Assembly: GCA_040954595.2 (NCBI GenBank)
Contig: CM082593.2
Coordinates: forward strand, 10,355,844 to 10,419,843
DNA: 64,000 nt
Direction of reading: 5' to 3'
From: Balanoglossus misakiensis
Taxonomy: Eukaryota > Animalia > Hemichordata
Part shown: positions 8,583-19,200 of the stretch, in pieces
How the letters are laid out: the number at the start of each line of letters is the position of its first letter
Numbering within the stretch: the stretch's first letter is position 1
Position numbers and translations under genes: made by a program
Notes under the pieces: generated by a model
The model's input: the letters and a program-made list of their open reading frames with translations, nothing else
What the model was told of the DNA's origin: nothing
The model's database searches: none

Positions 8583-11122
8583 ACTGTTTTAAATTTTTTC
8601 ATCGGTTTTACTTTAAAGGATGCCCACAAATTGCAACAGTAAATATTACTACAATATGCCAAAAATAAAACTTTCTTCACATCTTGACTAAAATGTTGAA
8701 AATGTCTCAATAGCATGTTTGCTCTAACACAAAATGCTCTTCTCTGTCGTTCAATATCTTCATTATCACAACCCTCACAAGATATAACATGGCCCAGATA
8801 GGTGTGTACAGGTACAAACTTTAAAGTGATGTCATTAAGTTTAACCGAAGGAATTCTTTGAACGCTCATATTCTTCCCATTAAAAAGCATGCACACAGTT
8901 TTACTAGAATTATAAATTATATCATAATCATTGCCATAAATTTCACAAATTCTAAGAAGACGGTGTAGACCCTTAATACTTGGACTGAGTAGAGTCATGT
9001 CGTCAGCGTAACCTAAAGTGTTAGCGCTGACACCACACATGGTACAGCCAACTTTGGCTTTACAGAGTGCATTGATAAGATCATCAATGTAGACATTAAA
9101 AAGATAGGGAGAGAGTACTCCCCCTTGTCTTACACCGTTAGAAACAGAAAACAACTCTGAGGTTTCATTACCCCACAACACAGTAAACAATTGATTTCTG
9201 TACCATTAAAGGTCACATGTCATGCTTTGGAAAGTTTTCATTTTTCCACGTCAAAAGCTCACCTAGGGTACCTGTCTATGCATTGCCTATTGTGTCGGTT
9301 CCGAAAAATGTGCACGAATGCCAGAATTTGCCACCTTTTTTCATGCCTGTGATCGGGGAGCCACTTCGCACTCGAGCCAGGCGAAGGTATTTGCATATGG
9401 ACAAACAAGTACACTATGTCGTAGTGTACCATTCTGTTTACAGTAAAGTGTAATTATCGGTCCATGAGTAATTAAGTCCACAGACAAAGATAAGCTATAT
9501 AAACAGTGTTCAAAGCAAAGGAAGCCCTTGCCTCACATTGCAGGCAGAGGATTTACAAAGGTGTGAAAGACTATTTGTCCACATCAAGATAAGTCTTCGG
9601 CTTAACTTCGAAAAGCCAAAAAAAATCGACTGAGTTGGGTTAGGGGTACACGCCCACCCGCCACTTTTACTTGCTTGTTATCTAAGCACAAGGGGCAAAA
9701 CGCATTGCAAGATAGTAACATACGTTAACTTCAAGACCCAAATAGTGATTTTACGCGTGGTTGTATAGGGCATGGCATGGGACCTTTAATATAAAATTCG
9801 TACAGCATACAAGGGAACATTCCTGTCGATGAGCTTGTTAACCAGTTTAAAGTGATTAACTCTGTCAAAAGCTTTTGAAGCATCCAGAAAACAAGTAAAC
9901 ACTGGTCTTCCATTGCTGGTGTAGTAGCTAATGATTTCTTTAAATGCAAATAAACACAGGTCAGTTGAATGTTCTCGCTTGAAACCAAATTGTAAATAAT
10001 GAGAGGTAAGAAACTCCTCACAACGAGAAAGTAAAATAGGCTCAAAAACTTTAGAGAAAACAGTTGCTAGTGCTATCGGCCGGTAGTTACTGGCATCACT
10101 ACAAAGCTTAGTTTTATCCTTAATTGGAACTAAAATAACGTTGATAGCCTCAGTTTGCAGGTAACCATGAACAATCAAGTCAAAATGGGTAAAATAGAGG
10201 AGTCTGAGAATTTGAGGTGCTCAGCTGAAATATTGTCAATGCCAGCTGTCTTATCGTCAGGTAACTTATGTATAGCAGAAATTACTTCTTCTTCAGAAAC
10301 ATACATATCAGAAGAAAATTTAACATACTTCATTTTCTCCTCGATGTCATTTTTACCAGTCTGAGCCTGGACAGAATTCAAAATATCACTGAAATGCTTG
10401 TGCCACATAATTGCAATTTCACTCTCACCAGTCGCTCCACCTACAGTGTCAGAAAGCGGCATTTTTCTGCTAGTTTGCTTTCTGACTTCCTTCCAGAAGT
10501 CGTTCTGTTTGTGGCAGCGTAAATTGTCAGCCATCTTGTCAGCCCTATTTTGATTCTCAATCTTTTTACAAGCACGTAAAGCATACTTAAAACGAGCTCT
10601 GGAAGATTTCATGGTTTCAAAAAGCGGGCCTTGTTAAGGTTTACCCCCATTAACCCATAATAAAAACATGGAACGGGCATAGTCGTGACTTTCTTTTACA
10701 AAATCGTTCCAGCCAGGCACAACATGAACTTTCTGGTGAAACTTACGCCTAATGGTATCTTTTGCAGCACAATTCAATGCGTCCACAACACTACTATAAC
10801 AAGTATCAATTGCCTGTAAATGCGAAGGGTATGTACAGTTCACATTAGTGCAGAATAACTCTTCGGATAAATTAATCTTATCAACCTTGGCTTTGGTACA
10901 ACGGGTGTAGGCGGATATATTCTGCTGTGACAATTTTTTCCAATCAACTCGAAAATTACATTGCTTGAAGGAACTACTGCTGAAGCATTCATCAGCAGAA
11001 GTGTTGAAATGAACCTCTATTGAAACAGGAATATGGTCGGAGTCAACAACATTGCAAAGACTCGAAATTGAAAGAACATTGCTATAAAAATTTTTAGTGG
11101 TAACACAGTGGTCAATCCAAAC
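8583..11122 (-). mobile_element. Decayed RTE-X-like non-LTR retrotransposon ORF2 fragment (APE end, linker, RT), interrupted by a MITE
   Basis: Colinear minus-strand pieces: VWIDHC..SDHIPVS (APE C-terminus, ~11020-11120), PGWNDFVK..WVNGGKP, RARFKYALR, NYRPIALATVFSKVFE, QFGFK..HST, FLDASKAFDRVNH, GVRQGGVLSPYLFNVYIDDL, GYADDMTLL, YLGH. Several stops and frameshifts. RT identity is firm; the RTE-X clade call is from motif style. Confidence 0.9.
9210..9785 (-). mobile_element. 576-bp MITE (Kolobok-like), copy 2, inverted relative to copy 1
   Basis: TIRs aggtcacatgtcatgc / gcatggcatgggacct, TTAA at 9206-9209 and 9786-9789. Same length as 7141-7716 and about 95% identical in reverse complement by eye. 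Confidence 0.93.
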
Positions 11123-12453
11123 TCAGCGTAATTCAATAAAACGCCCTAACACAGCCTGAACTCCGATAATGTGTTGTCCCAAAATTCATTCCGTGGAAAA
11201 TAATCACTGGTCTGTTTACGTATTTCAGCCGATTTTCCAAGGACTACTGCAACTCGCCAGAAGTGAGTAGCCTGCTAATGAGATCTCCACAACATTACGT
11301 AATGACGGTCAAAGTCCGATGCCCCAGTGTCCGTCCTCAGCCCACCAAAAAATGCGAAAAAATATTACAAAAATCTTCTTCTCAAAATCGACGTGGCCTA
11401 GGACCTTGAAATTTGGCACAGGGGATTTTGGCCACATGGTCTACAAAAATCGCGAAAAGAATGTACATGCCCCCATTAACGTGCAAATTAGGTCAATTTG
11501 AAAATTTCGCTCGATTATAGCCACAAAGTCACGTGACTAATTACAAATTCAAAGGGCAGGTGCACCAGTACTCATGGGCCCCAACCACCGTGCCAAATTT
11601 GGAGGCGCACCTGCCGGAATTTCAGAGAAAAACGGGCGCAAAAAAACGACTCAAGAAGAAAGAAGACAAACTCCAGCAATAACAGAAGGGGACCAAGCGC
11701 CTGAGGGCTCTTGGTCCCCTAAATATGGGACTAAACTTGACAGATACCCGGAATATTTTCCTATTTAGGATACCTGGTTGCATTTCCACCTAAAGGCGTC
11801 CTATTGGCGTGGAAATTTTATAACTTGAAATCGTTTGACTGGGTGATAGGTATTAATATCTTATGATGTTATAAAACACTTGGCTCGCCGAAGGTAAGGA
11901 CCGATTATAGCGTCAGTCGTGTCATAAAATCTATATGAACGTCATGGGTCAATAAACTTGATGGTCCAATAAAATTTAATGGTTCGTAAAACTATTGTGT
12001 CCAATGTCTGCAGAGTATACAGGCTGCAACATGTGTATGAGTCAGGATTAACGGCTGTAGCCATCAACCCAAAAGGTGAACGTCCTATTCTCACTAACTT
12101 AAATAGGTTTTGCGACCTAGTTGAGTGATAAAAACCTTATGATAAAGTCGACACAATTTCTAGATGACGATGTGCAAATGAGAGTTCATAAGCTAAAGTA
12201 AAGTTCAATGAATTCTATACAAAGTTCAAAAAAGATTTTTTACTAAAGGAAGACATGAACAAACTGATATCGTCTCTTCATATTCGTACATGTCCAACTG
12301 TTGTGATTTGACCCCCCCCCCCCCCATGGTACATGAACCTATTACTTAGTACACACTTAAACAATTGGCATTTGAAGTGCCTTGCTTGACAGTGTTTAAT
12401 GCGGTGGTCAGCCGCGTTTATCTCTCGCCACTTCATGCATCATGTCGCCTTAA

Positions 12454-12773
12454 AGGGACAAACTCTCTCTCTCGTCGCCCTTTTCTATTAATTATGTTTG
12501 ATACAAGACACCGTTTATATTAATGGTCATGTGTATATGTAGTGAATGAACGTTCAACCACACACAACTTCCATCCTGCTTGTATGATATGAGAGTAAAA
12601 ACTCGCCCAAAATGAATTAATGGTAGAGACCGATTTTTCAGTTTTGCGAGTTTTCGCTCTCGTGTCTACATGCGGGATAGAAGGTGTGTGCGGTTGAACG
12701 TTGCATCACTATATATCCACATTTACATTAATATAAACGGTGTTTTGTATCAAACATGGAAAAGGGCAGCGAG
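12454..12773 (+). mobile_element. Fold-back MITE family Y, copy 1 (right terminus lost)
   Basis: TTAA|agggac start. Long imperfect palindrome (tgtttgatacaagacaccgtttatattaatg...cattaatataaacggtgttttgtatcaaaca); homologous to 13411-13701. Confidence 0.8.
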
Positions 12774-13135
12774 TTAAGGATGTACGATCAGTAAAATTGA
12801 AAGCATTGTCATTTCTTTTAATCGTGAATTTTCGTTTCTGATTTGTATGTATAATGAAAATCCATTTTGGGTCACTGCACTTGTTTTCGACTTTAAACAA
12901 GGCCGTGAATTTAGTCGACAATTGAAGAAAACTGCTAACGGTCAGCATTTTCTACCAATGGTTTGTCTATGGATACAATATTGAACAAAGTTTATCTCAA
13001 AATAGAGCGTGATGAATTTATTTTGATTTGTCGGAGCTATGTGTAAAATTTCATGAAAATGACAATAGTAGAAGTGAGTTTTCTAACTATTCTCCATGTA
13101 CTCCTATGGGAAGAGACACAGGCGCACAGTTTACC
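12774..13135 (-). mobile_element. MITE-like family X, copy B
   Basis: Begins ttaaggatgtac; reverse-complement homology to 2545-2918. Confidence 0.65.
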
Positions 13136-13410
13136 AGTTGACGACCTCTAAAGAGGAAACGGGGGGGGGGGGATGATGAAAGGTTTAAGACTTACAGATC
13201 ACAACTTAAAGAGCCATTCAGAAAGAGGCTTAGAGTGGAGTATCAAATCGGACGATACCACTGACTGGTGGAGGAAGACAAAATAAGCAAACTGAGTAGA
13301 TGAGTGCTCAGATTTCTTCAGAGGACCAAACGTTTCAAAGAATTATACGTGACAATCCATGCCTGGTCCGTCAGTAGATATAAACAGAACATTGTGGCTG
13401 TATTCATTAA

Positions 13411-13701
13411 AGGGACCAAGTCTCTCTCTCGCTGCCCTTTTTCCATTAATTATGTTTGATACAAGACTGCGTTTATATTATTCTACATGTGGATATAGTG
13501 AATCAACGTTCAACCATACACACCTTCCACCCCGCTTGTATAGACACGAGAGTTTTAAAAAGTAGCCAAAATGAATAAACGGTCTCTACCATTTATTCAT
13601 TTCGGGCGAGTTTTTACTCTCGTATCATACAAGCCGGATGGAAGTTGTGTGTGGTTGAACGTTCATTCACTAACATAAACGGTGTCTTGTATCATGTCCC
13701 T
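13411..13701 (-). mobile_element. Fold-back MITE family Y, copy 2
   Basis: TTAA (13407-13410) agggac...gtccct TTAA (13702-13705), with a palindromic body. Its centre cggtctctacca is the reverse complement of tggtagagaccg in copy 1. Confidence 0.85.
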
Positions 13702-14483
13702 TTAACACTTTTGAAGCATTTTACTAATGCTAACATGACTAGACCAATTGAATGATGTTACATTGCAGGTTATCAACTCAGAGGGGCGTCTTGTTATAAA
13801 GCGGTACCTGACAAACAATCAGCTGGCAACGCTGAAAATACCTGTCAGTCGTAAGTATGAAAGTATACATCATTTGAGTAGAATTTTACGGGAGTTCCTA
13901 ACAAGGCTTGGACATGTCACGCACAAATACAAAGGGCGCGTATAAAGACAGACAAAACCTCGCTCAGTGTGAGGTGTTCAGCGATTGCATCTGATAAGTC
14001 GAAAATGCTTGATCACGTGTCATGTTCAGTTGGGAAATTGGATATGTCTCAGGCCAAAAAAACTAATATGTGCTATTCCGATTACATGGTTTTCAAAAAT
14101 ATTGTAGGTAGAAAGGGACATTTTTTTATTTTTCAATTTTTTTTATATCTTTGGCCGTCGTAGTGTAGAAGAATGACATCATAGTTCTTGCGTGATTCTC
14201 GCAATTTTCATGAATTGTTTTATATTTGACATCGTTATTTTTACTTCCGGTTTGCGAAGATCTAAACTGTTTTGGGTCGGCGGGCTAAAATTAGGGTAGT
14301 TCGGGTAATCGTTATGACATTGGGAGCTACGGCTGCAAAGCCATGTGTCTCGTGCGAAAAGGGCCCTTAACCTTTTGCAATATTTAACAGCAAACAACAG
14401 ACAGTTTTGAGAATAAAAGGTTTCCGTCGTGTCTGACTTTCATATCGCATTAATAGCATATCCCTAATTTTAAAGAAATTAGG

Positions 14484-14716
14484 AGAGACAGAGTGAAACA
14501 GGCAGAGTGGCAGACAGACACAAGCAGACAGACAGAGCAACATTCATCAGTAGAGACACTCACCGGTCGCTCGCTCGCTCGCTCACTCTCTCTCTCAGAG
14601 AGAGGGGGCAGACAGTCAGACAGACAGACGTTGACAGACAGTCAGTAAGTCAGTCAGCCAGTTAATCAGTCAGTCAGCCGTCAAAGACACAGTGACACAA
14701 ACACAGCGAGGGAGAC
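14484..14716. repeat. Compound microsatellite cluster (CAGA)n, (TCGC)n, (TC)n/(AG)n, (CAGT)n
   Basis: Directly visible simple repeats. Confidence 0.85.
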
Positions 14717-16207
14717 AAAAGGACCTTTCATGCTTAAACCCCTGTTCTTCTGTTATAAACTTTGAAAACCGTTCGTTTTCAGACTGCAGATTGCTCGAAT
14801 AACGCGGCACACTGCCGAAACAATAAAACAAATACTAGTGGGAGCTCATAAAATAAAATCGCTCAACCATTCCGTCGTCCTGAGTGACCTCAGCCACATT
14901 AATTCCGACGTCTTTTTAGGGTCATGAAAAAAGTCACAAATAAGGTATTTCCCCTAGGTCCACCTGAAGCAAAAAGTTTTCGTTTCGACTCCATCATTCC
15001 GAATAGTAAGAAAGCAACAAAATTGAAAAGACAGATGTAAAATGCAATCTCTCTCACGTGGTAACGTTTGTAACTATGGCAATCACGGTACGTGTTCAGT
15101 ACACAGACAGGGAGAAAAGTTTCCCCATGCAATACATGTGTTCAGTAAGGTTTGACCTTGGTTTTACTTTGTACCATGATCGCCGCTTTCTAAGCATGGA
15201 TGAACGACGGCGGTCAGACCCAATCGAACCCTTTCATGTCAGATGACCACGGTATCTCCAGTGTGAGATGACATTTGACAAACCATTTGATTTCAACAAA
15301 ATCTTCGCGTCGTCAACGCGTCGCATACCAGTCGCATATCGGTATTTACCCAATCATAAAAGTTGGAAATTCGGGAGACTCGATCTGCAACCAAGTTGAG
15401 AGTAAATTTTGACGTTTGACTATTGGCAAGTAAACAGGTTACACAATGACTTGTCGGTTTTTCCTCCGTCATGGTCGTTCTTGACCCAAGTGTCCTTCCT
15501 TGACATTTAGACACACCTTGCGGTATGACCTTGGTGGTCATGTGCAATTAGTTTTCTTGTATAAGACGCTTTTCATGCCGGGGTAGACGACTTGTGCGTG
15601 GATCATCAACATTTCAGTGATATTTCAACGCAAAGTTTTAGCAATATTGAGAAAACAGGTGGTGAGGTGTCAAATGCATATCAATGTACGAAAATTAGGT
15701 CAAGCCACCCGACAGCAACCGCTTTCACACAGTGTCGGACGTTGCACGGAATGTGAAACGTTACACTGCTTCGGCCGTTCACATGCACCTGGGCGTGGTT
15801 TTGATTGATGGTCAAACGCCCCCACTTACTTTGGGCGTTTTCAATGGTAAATGTGTCGTATTGATCGAAACCTTGCCGTAAACACATTTTTTTTGCTGAA
15901 TCAACATTCAGAGTTCAGCCGTCTAGTTAACGAAGTATTGAAATAAGCCACTTGTTCATCATTTTTTGTCTGTCAAACGTGTTTATTCGGACAGGGACCG
16001 GCCGCCAATGAGTGGTTTAGGGAGCCCACACGTACACTCTGGTACCTGGACAATTAACAAAGACATGACGTGTGTACCGTCCGGTTCGAAAAGATTGGTT
16101 TAAGGTAGTCCTGGTAACAGTCATCCTAACGAGGCCAGGGGAGGTCTCCAAGGGCGAAATAAACAAAGCTACCGATGACGAGTCGAATTCGAATCGGACG
16201 ATGCTTG

Positions 16208-19200
16208 TTTTCGACTTTGCAAAATCTCAAAATTTCGTCGATTTTTGAAAAAAAATCATGGGTGAAAATGCATCAAAAAATGAGAAATTTTCGACTTTGC
16301 AAAATCTCAAAATTTTGTCAATTTTGAAAAAAATCATGGGTGAAAATCATCAAAAAATGACAAATTTTCGACTTTGCAAAATCTCAAAATTTCGTCGATT
16401 TTTGAAAAAAATCATGGGTGAAAATCATCAAAAAAATGACAAATTTTCGACTTTGCAAAATCTCAAAATTTTGTTGATTTTTGAAAAAAATCATAGGTGA
16501 AAATCATCAAAAAATGACAAATTTTCGACTTTGCAAAATCTCAAAATTTCGTCGATTTTTGAAGAAAATCATGGGTGAAAATCATCAAAAAATGACAAAT
16601 TTTCGACTTTGCAAAATCTCAAAATTTTTTCGATTTTTGAAAAAAGACATGGGTGAAAATCATCAAAAAATGACAAATTTTCGACTTTGCAAAATCTCAA
16701 AATTTCGTAGATTTTTGAAAAAAAAACATGGGTAAAAATCATCAAAAAATGACAAATTTTCGACTTTGCAAAATCTCAAAATTTCGTCCATTTTTAAAAA
16801 AAAAACATGGGGGAAAATCATCAAAAAATGACAAATTTTCGACTTTGCAAAATCTCAAAATTTCGTCAATTTTGAATAAAAATCATGGGTGAAAATCATC
16901 AAAAAATGACAAATTTTCGACTTTGCAAAATCTCACAATTTCGTCGATTTTTGAAAAAAAATCATGGGTGAAAATGCATCAAAAATTAGAAATTTTCGAC
17001 TTTGCAAAATCTCAAAATTTCGTCAATTTTGAAAAAAATCATGGGTGAAAATCATCAAAAAATGACAAATTTTCGACTTTGCAAAATCTCAAAATTTCGT
17101 CGATTTTTGAAAAAAATCATGGGTGAAAAATCATCAAAAAATGACAAATTTTCGACTTTGCAAAATCTCAAAATTTTGTTGATTTTTGAAAAAAAATCAT
17201 GGGTGAAAATGCATCAAAAAATGAGAAATTTTCGACTTTGCAAAATCTCAAAATTTTGTCAATTTTGAAAAAAATCATGGGTGAAAATCATCAAAAAATG
17301 ACAAATTTTCGACTTTGCAAAATCTCAAAATTTTTTCGATTTTTGAAAAAAGACATGGGTGAAAATCATCAAAAAATGACAAATTTTCGACTTTGCAAAA
17401 TCTCAAAATTTCGTAGATTTTTGAAAAAAAAACATGGGTAAAAATCATCAAAAAATGACAAATTTTCGACTTTGCAAAATCTCAAAATTTCGTCCATTTT
17501 TAAAAAAAAAACATGGGGGAAAATCATCAAAAAATGACAAATTTTCGACTTTGCAAAATCTCAAAATTTCGTCAATTTTGAATAAAAATCATGGGTGAAA
17601 ATCATCAAAAAATGACAAATTTTCGACTTTGCAAAATCTCACAATTTCGTCGATTTTTGAAAAAAAATCATGGGTGAAAATGCATCAAAAATTAGAAATT
17701 TTCGACTTTGCAAAATCTCAAAATTTCGTCAATTTTGAAAAAAATCATGGGTGAAAATCATCAAAAAATGACAAATTTTCGACTTTGCAAAATCTCAAAA
17801 TTTCGTCGATTTTTGAAAAAAATCATGGGTGAAAAATCATCAAAAAAATGACAAATTTTCGACTTTGCAAAATCTCAAAATTTTGTTGATTTTTGAAAAA
17901 AAATCATGGGTGAAAATGCATCAAAAAATGAGAAATTTTCGACTTTGCAAAATCTCAAAATTTTGTCAATTTTGAAAAAAATCATGGGTGAAAATCATCA
18001 AAAAATGACAAATTTTCGACTTTGCAAAATCTCAAAATTTCGTCGATTTTTGAAAAAAATCATGGGTGAAAATCATCAAAAAAATGACAAATTTTCGACT
18101 TTGCAAAATCTCAAAATTTTGTTGATTTTTGAAAAAAATCATAGGTGAAAATCATCAAAAAATGACAAATTTTCGACTTTGCAAAATCTCAAAATTTCGT
18201 CGATTTTTGAAGAAAATCATGGGTGAAAATCATCAAAAAATGACAAATTTTCGACTTTGCAAAATCTCAAAATTTTTTCGATTTTTGAAAAAAGACATGG
18301 GTGAAAATCATCAAAAAATGACAAATTTTCGACTTTGCAAAATCTCAAAATTTCGTAGATTTTTGAAAAAAAACATGGGTAAAAATCATCAAAAAATGAC
18401 AAATTTTCGACTTTGCAAAATCTCAAAATTTCGTCCATTTTAAAAAAAAAACATGGGGGAAAATCATCAAAAAATGACAAATTTTCGACTTTGCAAAATC
18501 TCAAAATTTCGTCAATTTTGAATAAAAATCATGGGTGAAAATCATCAAAAAATGACAAATTTTCGACTTTGCAAAATCTCACAATTTCGTCGATTTTTGA
18601 AAAAAAATCATGGGTGAAAATGCATCAAAAATGAGAAATTTTCGACTTTGCAAAATCTCAAAATTTCGTCAATTTTGAAAAAAATCATGGGTGAAAATCA
18701 TCAAAAAATGACAAATTTTCGACTTTGCAAAATCTCAAAATTTCGTCGATTTTTGAAAAAAATCATGGGTGAAAAATCATCAAAAAAATGACAAATTTTC
18801 GACTTTGCAAAATCTCAAAATTTTGTTGATTTTTGAAAAAAATCATAGGTGAAAATCATCAAAAAATGACAAATTTTCGACTTTGCAAAATCTCAAAATT
18901 TCGTCGATTTTTGAAGAAAATCATGGGTGAAAATCATCAACAAATGACAAATTTTCGACTTTGCAAAATCTCAAAATTTCGTCGATTTTTGAAGAAAATC
19001 ATGGGTGAAAATCATCAAAAAATGACAAATTTTCGACTTTGCAAAATCTCAAAATTTTTTCGATTTTTGAAAAATATCATTGGTGAAAATCATCAAAAAA
19101 TGACAAATTTTGAAAAAAAAAACGGGTGAAAATCATCAAAAAATGACACATTTTCGACTTTGCAAAATCTCAAAATTTTTTCGATTGTTGAAAAAAATCA

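Larger units (their letters stand above)
5723..11722 (-). mobile_element. Non-autonomous Helentron-associated element (HINE/DINE-1-like), about 2 kb of its own sequence, with nested insertions
   Basis: Right end: inverted pair aggggaccaag (11687-11697) / cttggtcccct (11710-11720) next to an (AAG)-type microsatellite. Left end: related copy gaaggggcccaagc (5745-5758) plus short hairpin gctgc-aa-gcagc (5730-5741) abutting an (AAT)n tract. Internal diverged tandem units of ~245 bp and ~190 bp. This matches the subTIR-IR-core repeats-subTIR-hairpin layout of HINEs. Confidence 0.75.

Noticed and set aside
7473-9453. Two near-identical 78-aa ORFs (7473-7709 minus, 9217-9453 plus) suggesting a small gene pair
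   Set aside because: Both lie inside the two copies of the non-coding MITE; similarity reflects DNA identity and there is no recognisable domain.
11355-11520. Short resemblance of HINE sequence (aaaatttcgctcgatt, ctcaaaatcgacg) to the 78-bp satellite
   Set aside because: Matches are ~15 bp in AT-rich DNA and not colinear; insufficient to claim the satellite derives from this element.
11760-11900. Possible continuation exon of the hAT transposase after the HINE (tttag| at ~11768)
   Set aside because: The frame I translated shows no CxxH or other hAT motif.
14050-14370. Possible further MITE (aggccaaaaaaa...gggtagttcgggt...cccttaa)
   Set aside because: Repeat-like in style, but no matching TIR pair or second copy in the window.
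19105-19130. CENP-B-box-like TTTG(A)nCGGG in the 42-bp variant
   Set aside because: Lacks TTCG and usually has the wrong spacing relative to NTTCGNNNNANNCGGGN.
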